From assembly GCA_016748015.1 (NCBI GenBank), contig JAAOMT010000097.1:1-64000 (forward strand): a stretch of DNA of 64,000 nt, read 5' to 3'. The notes below the pieces were generated by a model. It was given only the letters and a program-made list of their open reading frames with translations. It was not told the DNA's origin and searched no databases. Below, one piece after another: positions 43,366-58,900 of the stretch (positions are counted from its first letter, which is position 1; the number at the start of each line of letters is the position of its first letter). This stretch comes from Geosiphon pyriformis uo1 (lineage: Eukaryota > Fungi > Glomeromycota). Both the position numbers and the translations under genes were made by a program.

Positions 43366-45298
43366 GTTAGCAGTGATGGATTAATGCATGGTATGTAGTT
43401 AACACATTTTGAAACCTTCATTCCATTGGGACATAAGTTATATATATTTGATATTTAACTAAATTAGTAATTCAAGTGACTAAAATCATTTAAGGCTAAA
43501 ATGGTTCATTTTCCTTTGATCTAATCTATCAAACAGACCGTTGTTCTTTAACATAATTCGTCTGAAAATTTCTTTTAAAAATTTAAATTGATACAAAAAC
43601 AATTGGAGGAGAGTGGAGTTAAAGAAAGGAAAAATTTATGTGGATAAACTTTAATCTTATAAACTTAATGCGCTCCCCCACATGCATTAAAATATATAAT
43701 ATGAATTATATTAAATTGATAAGGGGAATTTCAATTTCTTGACTTATTAAAAATATTACTAAACCTTCAATAATCTGTTTAGAAATATTAAAAATGAAAT
43801 TTCTTTAATTTTTAATAGGGACGGTTTTTTATTAATATTATAAAATTGATTTTGAATAGATTTCATAATTATTTTACTAATTAATCAATAATTGAATATA
43901 ATCATAAATTTTTAAAAAAACTTGTTTTTTTGAATGCTTTATATTATTATTAAGACATATAATATTTAATTAATTAATTAAAACATTTAATTTTTAAATT
44001 TTTAAGTTAAAGTAAAAATTATATTATGTTTAGTTATATGTAAACAATTTTTGAATAAATACTTAACTAAAATTTAAAATAAATTGATATTTGTATTTAT
44101 ATATAAATTCTAAGATTATTTTACTTGTTAAATTAATTTTTTTTATAATATTGTATTTTAAAATTAACAATATATATATTTTAGCAATTAATTAAATTCG
44201 AAAATTAAATCAAATTAAAAAAAAAATATCTTAAATTAAAAATTAAATTATATAAGAAATAAAATAAAAAAATAGAATTATTCATATTAAAAGTTAAAAT
44301 ATAATTTTTTATAAAATAATAAATTTTTAAATAATATAAATTATCTTATTTATGTTTAATATATAAAAATTGATTTTTGCAAAAATAATCTTTGGTTAAA
44401 GTATATTATAAATAATCAAAAAAATTATCCAATAAGATTTTTAAAAATAGTTAATATTAATAAAAAAATAATATTAAATTTATAATTAATAAAATAACAA
44501 TAATAAAAATAATTATGTATAAATATTATTGTTATTTTTTACTTAAAATATAATATAATTATTAATTATTATTATATATAAATATCATATATTAAATATA
44601 ATTTATATATATAATTAATTATTAAAATCAATTAAAATCATCTTAAATTATATTTACAAATTTTTTGTATTATTATAAAAATATTATTGTTTTTTTATTA
44701 ATATTACTAAAAATAATGATTTTTTTGTATTTTTAGTAATTGTTTAAGTTTTTGCAATTTAAAATATATAAATAAATGTTAATTTATTTTAAATATTGTA
44801 TTTATAAAATAATTAAATTTTATTTTCAAATTATTATAAATATTATTTGTAAATAAATTAAACTTTTTTACAAATATTTTATGTTTATAAACTATTTGTT
44901 ATTATTAATAATTTTAAATATTATATATAAAAATAATTATTTATGTTTTTAAATTATTATAATTGTAATTTGTAAAAAGTAAAGTTTTAATAAAAGAAAA
45001 TTTTTTTGCATTTATTATTGTTATACTGAATTTTTTATAGTTTTAAATGAGATTTTAAATAAGATTTCTTTAGCAACAATTAGATTTCTTTTTAATATAA
45101 ACAATTACAATAATAATAATAACATGTTTTTCAAGATAAACTAAAATTAATTACTAATTATATTGCCAAATATGGTGTTTTTTAGTAAATTATTGTTAGT
45201 TCTAAAAGCAAAACAACTCATTAAATTACTCAATTTTAAAAATTAGATTAATTAAATAGAAATTAAATTAATCTTTGCTTTTTTGTTTTTGGTATTGT

Positions 45299-46111
45299 TA
45301 TTATAAATTGGTTTTTTTAATATATTAAATATTAATATTTTATTTTAATTGTAATTAGTTTTTTGTAAGTTTTTTAATTTTATTTGTATGATAATATTAC
45401 TATTATATTAAAGGTTTTTTTTTAATATTGCCATATAAGTTAATTTTTAATTATTGTAAATATATTTATGTATTTTTTTTTAAATACTAAACTAAAATTT
45501 ACTTATTGTTTGAAGTTTTCTCAAAAATTATTTTCTAATTTAGAAATACAGAATATTAATAATCTTTAGTGCTTTTTCTAATTCTCATAATAAAGCTTTT
45601 ATTAATTAATAATAATATAAATAATTTTAATTAAAGATTATTTTTTCAAGAATTTAATTAATAAATGATAATTTTATTCAATAAATAATACAAATAAGTT
45701 TTTTAATACTTTAAGTTGTGATAATTCAGTTTTTAATATTTTTTAATATTTTTTTTGATTAAAAATTTCATTAAAAATTTATTTAAAAGTAAAAATTAAA
45801 AAATAATTAAAGTAAAAAATTAAAATTTGGCAAAATTATTTTGTTGAATAAATTGTTAAATAATTTGTTAAATAATTTGTTTTATAATTTGTTGTTTTTC
45901 TTAATATTAAAGCTACTGTATATGTATAATTCTACAAAAAAACATATTATAATACTTTTTTTTTGATATCTTAATCTGGTGTTTACTGTTATTATTAATT
46001 GGTGTTGGCTATTATTGCAAACTGATGCTTGTCATTATGTTAATTATTATTTTTTTAAGATTATTATTGTGTTATATTATAATTCTTTTATTAAATTTTT
46101 AAATTATAATA
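45299..46111. mobile_element. Family D solo-LTR-like element, copy 1
   Basis: Termini derivable from TGTTACAAATT...AATTGTGACA. Flanks TTGT and CTAT both derive from the host CTGT (4-bp TSD). Homologous to 50017-50150 plus 61424-62157. Confidence 0.65.
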
Positions 46112-46112
46112 C

Positions 46113-46865
46113 TATTATAGGTTAGAGTAACAAGTTAATAGATAGCAAGTGAGAACAGAATTGTAGAATAATAAAAATAATCAAAGAAATTTTCAACTTC
46201 AAGGAGTGAATTGAATAAGTAAGAATTTAATGTATGAGATCAGTCTCATAAAATATCTCAGTTGCTATACTTTTAAAAAGATAACTGAAGAATCTGAAAG
46301 TAGAAGAATAGTTTGTACTGTCAACAAATAATCACACTTGGTATAATTTTATGCCTTATATTGGCACTTTTAGAATTCAATATTAAGTATCAAATATGCT
46401 CTTTAGTCATGTTTTATTTAATAATTTTCAAATGCTACACTTATACATTTCAGAAAAAAAAGGTAGAAAAATACTAACAAGTAATCTTTTATTCCAAGAT
46501 GTTTGGATACTTTGAAGGTAAGAAAAAGAAAATTAGTGATAAGAGAATGATTAAAATAAAAAGTTGTTAGTTTATTTATTTTTTCTTTGATTCTTATATG
46601 TATTTCTATAGTTAAAAGATTTATTGCTTATATAGTTATCAAAAATGGTCAATGATCAAGTTAACAACTAGGTTAATAATCAAATTAATAATCAGGTCAA
46701 TGATCAGATTAATAATTAGGTCAATGATTAGGTCAATAATTGGGTCAACAATTAGGTCATTAATTAGGTCAATAATCACTATCTAAAAATAGAATGGCTA
46801 ATTATATGACATCAATGGCTAATACATGTAATAATTAATAAAAAGTATAGATTTCAACTATAACA
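46113..46865. mobile_element. Family C solo LTR, copy 1 (753 bp)
   Basis: TATTATAG (from TGTTATAG)...CTATAACA; perfect 4-bp TSD ATAC; 12-bp tandem repeats at 46647-46780. Confidence 0.8.
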
Positions 46866-47194
46866 ATACTATCTCTAATAGTGCTTAGAAAACAATTTTT
46901 AATTGTTAAAAGTTCTTTAAATAGATAGTTTTTACTTTAGTGTTTGGTTTTACTTTTAAAACCAAATTAGTTTTTATTTATTTTTTGTTTTATTTGTTGT
47001 TTGGTTTTATTGAATTCAAATTAATTTTTAAAAACAACATTAAGTTGTTTTATGTAAATTTTGCTTCTGAAGCTTTCTTGGTTGTTGTTGTTAAAGTTTT
47101 TATTAGTGGTTTTTTTTTAACTACATATAAAGTTGTGAAATTTTCTGTAATAACTTTTGGTTTTTTTTCTATCTTTATTATATTTTATAATATT

Positions 47195-49489
47195 AAATAT
47201 ATAAAAATGCTCTTTGTCTTCTTAATTTTATAATTCTGACTAAAACAAAGAGTAAAAAAGTTGTAATTAGTATTTTTTTTGGTATTTCACAAAGTTTTAA
47301 CCAGAAAAGTTTTTTTTGTTATAAAAGCAGCTAAACAGAATGTCTTAAAAGCTTTTTTTTTAGCTAATAATAGTAATAAGCTGTTTTTGGTGGTTATTGA
47401 AACATCTTTTTTATTTTTGGCTGGTTTTTTATCAGTCAAAGTTTTCTTAAAAAGACATATTTAAATTAGTTCTAATATTGTTTTTATTTTTACCAAGAGT
47501 CTAAAAGTTTTTAATAGTAAACTAATTAACAAGCTGGTCTTCCTAATTATTGCTGTTACATCTGGTGTCACTAGTACTATTTCTTTAAAAATAATTAAAA
47601 AGGACAAAGATTCCAAAAAACAGAAACAGTTACTTACTTCTATTATTGATATACTGAATTTTTTTGTGGTTTAGATGAAATCTTAGATAAAATTTCTATT
47701 GTATTATCTAATATATTATCTAAGATAGGCCAAAATTAATTACTGGCTATACTACTAAATAAGATTTTTTCCAACAGATTATTGTTGATTTTAAAAACAA
47801 AACAATAGTTTTTTGTTGAATTACCTATTCTTGAAAACTGGACTGATCAAATAAAAATTGAATTATTTTTTCTGCTGATTTTTAGTATTGTTGCTAGTGG
47901 TATTTGGAAAACTATTTTTAACTATTAAGGATTTACTGGGTAAGTGGCCTTTACTTTAGTGTTTAATACTATCTTTAAGATTAAATTGACTTATATTAAG
48001 ACTGTTTTTTAGTCTGTATATGATTTTCTAAGTACTAAATCAATATTAAAAAACAATGTAAAGCTTTTTTGCATGAAATTTGCTTTTCAAAAATCTCTGA
48101 AACCTGTATTTTGGTTGAATTCACAAGTTTTGTTTACTTAATCATTTTCAAAATTGCCAAATATTTGGTAATTTCTAAGTTTGATTTTTTTTTTGCTGTT
48201 ATTGCTTTATATAATATGCTTTTAAATATGTTTGCTATTAATATTAAAACAGTATTTAGTGTTTTTGGTGAAATTGTCTATGTTATATTGAAACTTGCTA
48301 ATGTTTAGTAATATGTTGTTGTTTATTTTAAAAAGCTAGATGCTATTGTATCTGTTTTAAATTATTAGTTGGTATTAGTAAACAAGAATAATATTAGAAT
48401 TTTTTTTTTAATTAATTAAAATAAAACTATTTTGTTTCATAATAAGTTTAAAACCAAGTTGGTCAATCTTTTTTCTGGTTATACCACCTTTAAAATTAAT
48501 GATATGATCTTTTAGATTAGTAATCAGACTTGTTTTATTTTCTATTTTTCTGATTTTGGTTACTGTTTTCAGTTTGCTCTGGTTATGTTTGAATTTTAAA
48601 TTGATTTAAATACTGTAATAGTTAAGACTAATATACTAAAAAAGTATTGTATTTGGTAAGAGACTTTTAATTATTAATGCTGTTTTAAGTGTTAAAAAGT
48701 AAGCTATCTGACTGTGGATTATAAGATATTTTTATTTTTTTTTCCAAAAGTTGCAAAATTTTTAAGATATTTGTACTATATTTTGTAAATGTTAAGTTTT
48801 ATGTCAAAGCTTTTGTTTTTTTGAGCTCTTCTAAGTTTTTATTTTTAATAATTTCTGCTTTTTTTTCTGTAATTATTGATAATCTTTTGGTGTTTTCTTA
48901 GTTAACTTTTTTAAAATCTGATTTGGCCAAGCTTTTTGTATTAGTTAAGTTAATTGTTAAGTCTGTTAGCTTTTTAGTTATTGTGTTTAAACAATTTATT
49001 AAAAGTAATTTGGTTTTAAGTAGTGTTTTTAACTTCAAAGTTAATAAATTTATAGTTTATTTGGGTTTTTTTAGCAGAATTATTAATAAGTTGAAGAAAA
49101 AAGTTGTTTTGCTAAAAAAAATATATTGTATAGATAATATTAACATGTTTGGTAATTCGGATTTTTTAGTTAACATTAATGATAATATATTTTTTAATTT
49201 AATGTTCATTTAAGTATATAAATCTGATAGTATTAAAACTGATTTTTTAAAAACAGCTAAATAACTGGTTAGATTAATATTTTTTAGTGTTAAATTGTTT
49301 GATGTAGTTCAAAAAATGTTGGCTTTGGATAAGTTTATTTCTGTTGTATTAACATAATATAGCTTGAATTAATTTAAATAGCTAATTATATATAAAAAGT
49401 ACATAAATTATATTTAGTCCTAAAATACTTAATTTGTTTTTAATTTCTAGATAGTGATTAAGTTATGCTTATTAAATTTTAATAAAAAA
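47195..49489 (+). mobile_element. Family E ORF1-only element with A-tail and 9-bp TSD
   Basis: TATAATATT on both sides (47186-47194 and 49490-49498), present once in the empty homologous site at about 18927; knuckle CCFKC..SYLTVDY at about 48678. Confidence 0.8.
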
Positions 49490-52400
49490 TATAATATTTT
49501 TCTTAACATATTTTTTAATAATATTAAAAATTCTTTTAGTGTTTTTGGTATTATTATTTTAATAAAATTAAAATCTGCTGATTTATGATAATATGTTGTT
49601 ATAATTTTTAAAAACTTTTTCTTTACTGCTGCTATTCTTAATAACTAGTTTGTATTAATTAAAAAAGATAGTATTTGGATTTTTTTCTCTTTAATTAAAA
49701 AAAAATTATTATCTTAAGAAATTTTTTTAAGATTAAATTGATTAATTTTTTTTTTAATTGTATTATTTTTAAAATCAGTAATATAATTTTTTAGATTGGT
49801 GACTATATTTGTTTTATTCTTTATTTTTTTAATTTTTATTGTTATCAATGTTTTATTATTGTCACTTTTGAGTTTTATAAGATTTTAGAACTTGTTATAA
49901 CAAAAATTAATATTCTGTATTAATATATTGTATTTGATGAAAAATTTTTAGATATTACTATTATTATAAATATCAAAGTTTGGATTATTTGTTTGCTAAA
50001 TATAAGATGTTTTTATTGTTACAAATTAGTTTTTTTGGTTATTTTAATTGTTGATATCTTGTTTTAATTGTAATTAGTTTTTTGTAAATTTTTTAATTCT
50101 ATTTGTGTAATAATATTACTATTATACTAAAAGCTTTTTTTTGATGTTGTTGTTATTTATAAAAATAATAATAATATAAATAACCAATAATAAAGTAAAA
50201 AATTATCAAAATATATAACATTAAAAATTTTAGAAATATTAGTAAAAATTCAAAATACTAACAAAAATATCAAAAATTTAAGAAATATTAGAAATTTTAA
50301 CAATAACTTAAAGAAATTATAAAAATTTTAGAAATTTTGTATTATGAAGATTTATGTATATATATTAATTAATAAGTTAAAAAAAAGACATACAAACTTA
50401 CTTTTGAAATCAGTCTAATTATTTTTATTTTTATTAACATATTACAAATTAATTAACTTATTAATAAACTTTTATTTTATTTATTACTTAATAAGTTCAA
50501 GATTATCAAAGTTGAAACTAACATTATAATAATATTAATATTATTTGAATTGATAACAGTTACTTAAACTAAAATTATAATATTAATAATTGTCTGATAA
50601 AAAACACCAAAAAAAAGAATGAATATAGTCAAAAAACTAAGATTGTTTACCAAAAAAATATGAACATCAGAATAAATTAGTCATTAAACCAAAAAAATTA
50701 TCAAAGCTATTATCAATTACTATTAAGTTAATTTTTATTTATTATACAAAAAACCTTAATATAAAGTTTTTAAAAATTTTTTGAAATACACTTCAATCAA
50801 TCTAAATACTAAGTTATGAAAATTACTAATACCTACTTAAGAATTTACTTATAATATTTGATGCTTTTTATAAAATATAATCTACAAAGAACAAAATACC
50901 AGTTAAACAACAATTAATAAAAGTAACAGAATTAGAATATACAAAAACCAATTATTTAAAATTTGCAAAATTATTATAAATTTAATTTTTATTATTTTCT
51001 AAATAAATCTGTATTTAATTTTTATATTAACAAAAAAATCTAATACAGTATAAGAAAAACAATTGACATAAAAGCTGATTTTTACAAAACTATTAGAAAA
51101 CACTTCAATCATCAATAATTATATAACTTTACAACTATATTTGCAAAGATTTATTTTGTAATCTATAAATATATTTAAAAAAAATTATATTTATTACAAA
51201 AAACCTGTAATCTAATTTACTTACATAAATATTAACTATAATATCCAAAAAAATAGTTCTATTATTATAAAAAAACCCAAGTATATTTACTATTAAAACT
51301 GTTATATTATTATATATCCAATAATATAATTTAGATTTTACTAAAAATTGTGTTCATATCTATATCAAAACCAAAACTTATCTTTCAAAGTCACTCTAAA
51401 AATAGTTATTTATTAAAGAAATACAAAAAAATTTTTAAGAAATTTTAATCAAAATTAGTTACTTTAAATTTATTAAGATTTTTACTACTAAAATTCAATT
51501 TTAGTAATAATTATTATAAAAAAACAGAATCTAAAAAAAAGCCAAGACCAGAAAACAAAGAAAAAAAACATGATTTTAAATTCAACTGCATTTCAAACTT
51601 TAATAGTTCAAACTTTATAAATTAATTAAACTTTAAATCATTTAACTGTACCAAAAAACTTGTTATTAGTATTATCTGTTTATTTAATATTTTTATTATT
51701 ATACATACTTTTTTTTTTAATAGTATTAATAATTTATGTTTTAATTATTAAATTAGAAAAATTTACCAATAAAAAAACAATGTTTAAGCATGGTTAAACA
51801 ACATAAAAAAATTTATTATTGTCAATAATTAAAATAATACTAAAGGCTTATAAGCAATCTTATATTTTCTTTATAATATGACCAATTTCTAATATCAAAG
51901 TTTTGCCATAAAACTAGTATTATTTAATAACTTTAAGATCATATTTTTACAATATTTTAATGATTACAACAATATTATTTAATTATAGAGACACTTTAAT
52001 ATTATTAAACAAAAAAACAACAAAACAATTATTATATACTTAAAACAATTCTATTAATATTTATATTAAATTTAGATAATTGATACCAATTATTATATAG
52101 TGTTACAAATTTTGAACTAATTTATTAAGAAATTGTGCAGTAGCATTTTTTAATAGATATGTTTATTATATTTTACAAATTCCTAAACAGTAATTATACT
52201 GATTTAAAATTTTAAATTGGCTAAACTTAAAGCAAATTATGCTTAAATCATAAACCTAGTAATAAATAGATTATTTAAACTAAATATTAAGTTAAAGCAA
52301 CTTAGTAACAACATTAATCAAAAATTAGAAAAATACATAATTAATAATTAAGCTATATATTAAAACTCATAATATTATAATCATCAAAAAAACAATTATT

Positions 52401-53717
52401 GTTTCTAGAATACAATATAACTATTGCTATTATTAAATTTATAACAACAAAAAATTAGAATATGTTATTACTATTACAAACAAAATCACTTAAAAATTAA
52501 TTATAAATCATAGTTAAGTAATTAGTAATCAGAAAATTAATATTAAAAATCTGATTAAAAAATCCAAAATCCAAATTATGAATTTAGAATTCAATAAGAA
52601 CAATATCAATCATTACAATACTATACACTAATATCTTAATAACAATTATAGCCATAGCCAATATATGTATTTTATTTTTAGCTACAGCCAACTATTACTT
52701 ATCAACTATTTAATTAAAAATTGGCACCAAAATTACAACACCAAATTTTTTTTTGGCTTAAAACTAAAACCTAAAACTATTTTACCAAATTGGATATTAG
52801 TATAATAATATTGTTAATTCACAAGTTAAAAGTCAGATTTAAAATTTAAAAAACATTCAGTTATCTTTTTTGAATTTTCAAAACTATTTAAGTTTTTTTG
52901 TTTTTATTAAAATTATTATGTTTAACAATAATATTCAAAATCATAATATGATTCTACTTATAATTATTATTAAAGATAGCATACTTATTATTATCTTCTT
53001 ATTCAAGTTAGAAAAAAAAAGCCATTATTCAGTAAAACAGTCTTAAATTCAATCTAATCTATTATTGTTATATATATAAATACTAAAATTGATAATTAAT
53101 TTATTAAACTTATCTTTAATAGTGAGTTAATAAGCAATATTATTACTTAACAATTTATGGACTAATTAAGTTGCCAAGTTAATTAAGCTGTTAATGTGTA
53201 AATTATCATAATTGATAGAGCTACAAAAATTTCAATTGGCAAAATTAATAATTTTCTATTTAAAATCAATAATATTATAGTACTAATCAAAATTTTTATT
53301 ATAAAGACCATATAATATTAAGCTTTTATTGGTAATAACTAGTTGTTTAAAACTAATATTATGCTTTAATTAAGCTATTAAAAATACTATATAAAAGCAC
53401 TAATTATGTATAAACATTTTAAAACAATCAATAAAGTACTACTGATTAAATTAAAAAAAAAAAAACTTATTTTGAAAATATACCAAGTTTTATAGACTAA
53501 TAATCTAAGCAACAACCTATTTTCAATATTGACTTGGAAAAAAAAAAAAAAAAAAGCCATAAGTTACAATTTTTATATATATTATATCATATTAAAAGAA
53601 AAACAACACAGTTGTTTTACAATAATTATATAGTATTTATAAAGATCTATATTATTAACAGCTAAAAATTTGCATCAAATATAAGAAAAAACTTTTATCT
53701 ATAAATATTTGTTATAG

Positions 53718-54363
53718 TATTATAAATTAAAGTAATAAGCTAATAGATAACAAAAAAGAACAGAATTGTAGAGTAATAAAATTAATCAAAGAGAATTCAA
53801 TTTTAAAGAGTAAATTGAATAAGTATGAATTTAATATGCAAAATTAGTCTCATAAAATATTTTAGTTGTTAATTTTTCCAAAAAATAACTAAAAAATCTG
53901 AAGATAAAGAGATAGTTTGTACTATTAATAAATAATAATACATTAATATAATTCTATATCTTATTTTAACACTCTTAAAATTTAATATTAGATGTACTTT
54001 TTAATCATGTTTTATTCAATAATTTTCAAATAAAAAATAAGTAATAAGAGAAAGATAGAGTTAATAAATATTGTTTTATTTTTTTGATTTTTTATATGTT
54101 TTTCTACAGCTAAGAAACTCATTGCTTATATAGCTATTGAAAATAATTAATAATTAGGTCAACAACTAAGTTAATAATCAGATCAATAATCAAATCAATA
54201 ATTAATTTATTGATTATATCAATAATGAAGTTAATAATCAGATTAATAATCAAGTTATTAATTAAGTTAATAATTACTATTTAAAAATAGAGTGGTTAAT
54301 TATATAATATCAGTGGCTAATATATGTAATTACTAATAAAAACTATAATTTTTAACTATAATA
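53718..54363. mobile_element. Family C solo LTR, copy 2
   Basis: Colinear with 46113-46865; flanks ATAG and ATAA (4-bp TSD with a G>A change). Confidence 0.75.
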
Positions 54364-55036
54364 ATAACAATAATAAAAAATATTTTACTATAATCAAATA
54401 TTACTATTATTTATATATTTTTGAATAATTTGACTACTTAAAAAAACAAAAAAATAGAATAATAAATCTTGTTTAATATGTAAAAAAAACTTTTTTAGAT
54501 AAAAAAATATGAAATAATATTTTAAAAAAAGAAAAAATATATAATAAGTTATGCTAATACATAATTTTTATTTATAATTAAATAAAAAAAGAATATTATT
54601 ACAAACTATCTATAATCATGTTTTTACTTAATTAAATAGTTATCCACACAATGAAAACAAAATCTGAAAAATAATAACTGCTAAATATAATAGTATTACC
54701 AAGAAAAAAATTTATGTAATTAAAAATACACAAAAAAAAATTATTTTAAGACCTATTTTTTGTAGTGCTTAATAATTTAACAAAATTTAATAAATATTAT
54801 TAATTATTAGCATTTACTTAAAAAGAGTAAGAACAAAAACTTGCCAATTTTAATACTTAACTATGTGAATACTATTTTATTTTATACTAATTTAAATATT
54901 ATAATAAATATAATCTTGTTTATAATCTACTATTATATATTATTTATTTAATTTTAGAGCTTGATAAGCCAATTAATAGAACTAATAAATCAAAGTTAAA
55001 ACTTAATTTTAATTTAAATATTACTTCCAAATTTGA

Positions 55037-55953
55037 TATTATTAGTTAAAATTTGAAATATTATTTAAAATAAAATTATTTTTATTATTAATTAGAATAT
55101 ATTATTATTTTAATTTATTACTTATTATTTTATCAAATTATTTGAATTATTATTTAATTAATAAACCAATTTATACAGAACACAAATATAACCAAATTGT
55201 AATAATTAGATTATATAATACATTAAATTATATAATATTCAAAATTCACTAAAATATTTAATAATTTGATAAAATATTTAACAATTTATCAAAATAACTC
55301 ATAATTTACAGAAATAATTTGTAATTTAACAAAATATATTTTTAGTTTACCAAAATATTAGAAAAAAAGAATATTAGATCATAAAATAATATTATAATAA
55401 ATTATATAAAAAAAAGTTTTTTTTTAAGAAAATATATTTTAATTAAAACTAATATTTTTTTTAGTATTTTTTATACAAATTAATTTCAATAAAACTTACT
55501 TTAAAAATCGATTAAATATTAATTTTAGTAATTATTAATAACTTTTAGATCTAAATTCAAAATAACTTTTTTAACACAATTTTTAATTTATTTTTTTAAT
55601 TTATTTTTAATTTATTTTTTTATTTTCTTTATATTATTGAATAATTTATAGTTAAAATTTCTTATAGAAGAATTAACTTTTACAACAAAGTAATTACACA
55701 TATTTTAAAAAACTTACAGATACAATTTTTCTGTAAAAAAGTTAATTTTTACAACAAAATGACTATATAAGTAATTAGTATATAATTGGTTATTTCATTA
55801 TAAGTCCAAGAGTATACACAGTTTAAAATATAAAAAAATACTTTAAAAGAAAATTAACTTATTAAAGATTCACCAATTTTTATTAACAACAAAATTAACA
55901 GCAAAAATAATATTAACAATATTAAAAAAAAAGTACAAAAATCTTTAATAATA
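55037..55953 (+). mobile_element. Family A solo LTR relic
   Basis: TATTATTAG...TTAATAATA equals TGTTACCAG...CTGGTAACA after C>T/G>A changes; flanks TTGA and TTAA. Confidence 0.8.
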
Positions 55954-58900
55954 TTAAAAAATGTTAAAGTAAAATTATTGTCATTACCAACTTATACTTA
56001 TCAGCCAAAAACCACAAAAATATAAGGATTCCAATTCTAAACAACACTAAAAACTACAAAAAATATTAGTAAACACTATTATTGACTATTTGAATCTAAA
56101 AATTAAGAACCAATTAACAACTAATATGCTAGATTTTAATTAATTATGTAAATATATTAACTTTACATCACAAATTTGGGCCCAGAAAAATAAATATTAT
56201 TTGCTTTAATCAAAATAATTAGAACAAATAAACTTGAAAGATTTAGATCAAATACAAAAAATATAATTTCAAATATTGCTTAAATAATATGCTAATATTT
56301 TTACAAATAAAAATAAATTTAAAAAAATAGATATAATTTAACACAAAATAAAAATAGAAAATACAATACTAATTAAACAAAAACATATAGAGTACTATTA
56401 GCCAGCCATAATATTATTAGAAAAAAAATCAATTAAATATTAAATAGTAAATTAATCTAATTATTTATAAGTTTATAATTATTATTAATAGTATTAATAC
56501 AAAAAAAAAATGGCAAAATCCAGTTTTGTGTAAACTATTAAAAGCTTAATAGTATTACTTATAATAATAGCTATTTAACTTTACAAATTTAAGAATTGTT
56601 TAATTCATTTAGAAAAAAAAATGATTTTCTATATTAAATCTAGATAATAATTATTAACAAGTAACTATAGATTTAAATGATAAAAATAAACAGCATTTAC
56701 AATAAGAAAAAAAACTTCTAATAAAAATTATTTATTTTAATATGTTATAAAAATTAATAGTTATCTATCTAAATAATATTAATATAATTTCGAAAATATT
56801 TAATAAATATTTGTACTATTTACAACAAATATTTAAAAAATTAAAACACATTAAATTAAAATTAAATACAGATAAATGTTTTTTTGAAAAAATAAAATTT
56901 AAGTTTTTGGAACATATAATTAATAAAAAAGCATTAATACAAATTCAGATAAAATTAAAAAAGTAAAAAACTTTCCAAGACCAAAAAATTTAATTAAACT
57001 TAAAAATTTTTTGGAATTAGTTAAATATTATTAATAATTTATACAAAACTTTTCAGCAATTTTACAACTGCTTTACTAGCTTCAAACTAAAAATATTTAG
57101 TATAGATAGATAAATATATAACAACAAGCTTTTGAAATATTAAGACAAAAACTTATATAAGTCTTAGTTTTAATATATTTAAATTATAATAAAAAATTTA
57201 TGATTGTTATTAATGCTTTTAAATTAGTATTAGAAACAGTATTATTACAAAAAAAATCCAATAATAGAAAATATTTAATAGTATATATCAGTAAAAGTTT
57301 AAGTCCAAAAAAAAGAACTATAAAACTTTAATACTAAAACACTTAACAATATATTAAACTGTAATTAAATAAAAAATATATCTATACCAAGAATTTGATA
57401 TTTATACTAATTATAAAAAATAAATATTATTAGCTAAAAAAATTAGCTAATAATAAAACTACTAAATAAAAGACTATTTTTTATTTTTCAAATATAAAAT
57501 ACATTATAAAAAAATAAAAATATTAATAGTTTATTATAAATAAAACAACTATAAAAAAACAACAACAATAACAACAAAATAACAAAATAAACAATATAAA
57601 CTACTAATAATTAGTTTATTATATTATTACTAAACAGTTTAAAGAGAAATTATCTTAAAATAAACAAAATAAAATTCATCAACAAGTTAGATATTATATT
57701 AATTACCAAAATATACTATAAAAAAAAAACCAACAAAATTCAATCAATTTATTAAAAATAATAAAAAAACAAAAAAAAAACAATATTATTTAATATGCAT
57801 TCAGATTTAATAGTAAAATATTTTAATTAAAAGTTAATATTAAAGAGAACTAAACAGTTATATTATTAATCAATTATATATTCAGACATAAAACAATATA
57901 TATAAAGCTATAATACTTGTTAAAGAAAAAAAAAATAAAACTAAGCAAATTACTAAAATTAATTAAAGTTAAACAACTATTTAATAAAATTAAAATTGAT
58001 TTAATAGAATTATTAATAATAATAACTAGAAACAATTAATATATTATTGTTATTATAAACTATTTTACCAAATAACCAAAAGTTAGAGTCATACAAAAAG
58101 CTAATACAAAATTAATAACTGAATTTGTTTATTAAAACTTGATATATTAACATAGATATTTTAAAAAATTATTATTAAATCAAAAAACTTATTTTGTAAA
58201 CAAATATTAACAAAATTAAACCAAAAATTTGAAATTAAAAAACTATTATCATTATTATATTATTTATAAACATATAACTCAGTCAAAAAATTTAATAAAA
58301 TACTATATAAAACATTAACTAAAATTAGTTAAAAAAACCAAAAAGAATAAAACATAGTCATATTATTAATACTATTTGCTTATTGAACAATAAAGCAAAA
58401 TACTGTTTAAATAACATTATTTAAATTAATATATAGCAAAAAAACAGCATTTTTAATAAAAAATATTAATAATATATTCAATAAAACTAATAATAAAAAA
58501 CATATTTTACACAATATTTTTAAGATAAAAATATAACTTAATAAAAATCTTAAAAAACAAAAAAAAAATAGTAGTTAACTGTATTAAAAAGTTATAAAAA
58601 AAACAAAAAAAAGATATTATAGTCAATTATAAAACAAACTAATTAAATTTAAAATTAAAAACAAAATACTTTTATATTATATAAAAGCAAAAAACAATAG
58701 AATAAAAAATTTGACCCAAAATAGAACAAACTATTTTATATTAAAAAAATATTTAAAAATAAATCATATAAACTATGACTAAAAATAAAATTTTGATTAA
58801 AATAATACATAAAAATCAATTAAAGTTATATTATAATAAAACATTAGCAAATTCTAACATATATATAGTTAAAAACACAAAAAATACTTAAATTAGATAA

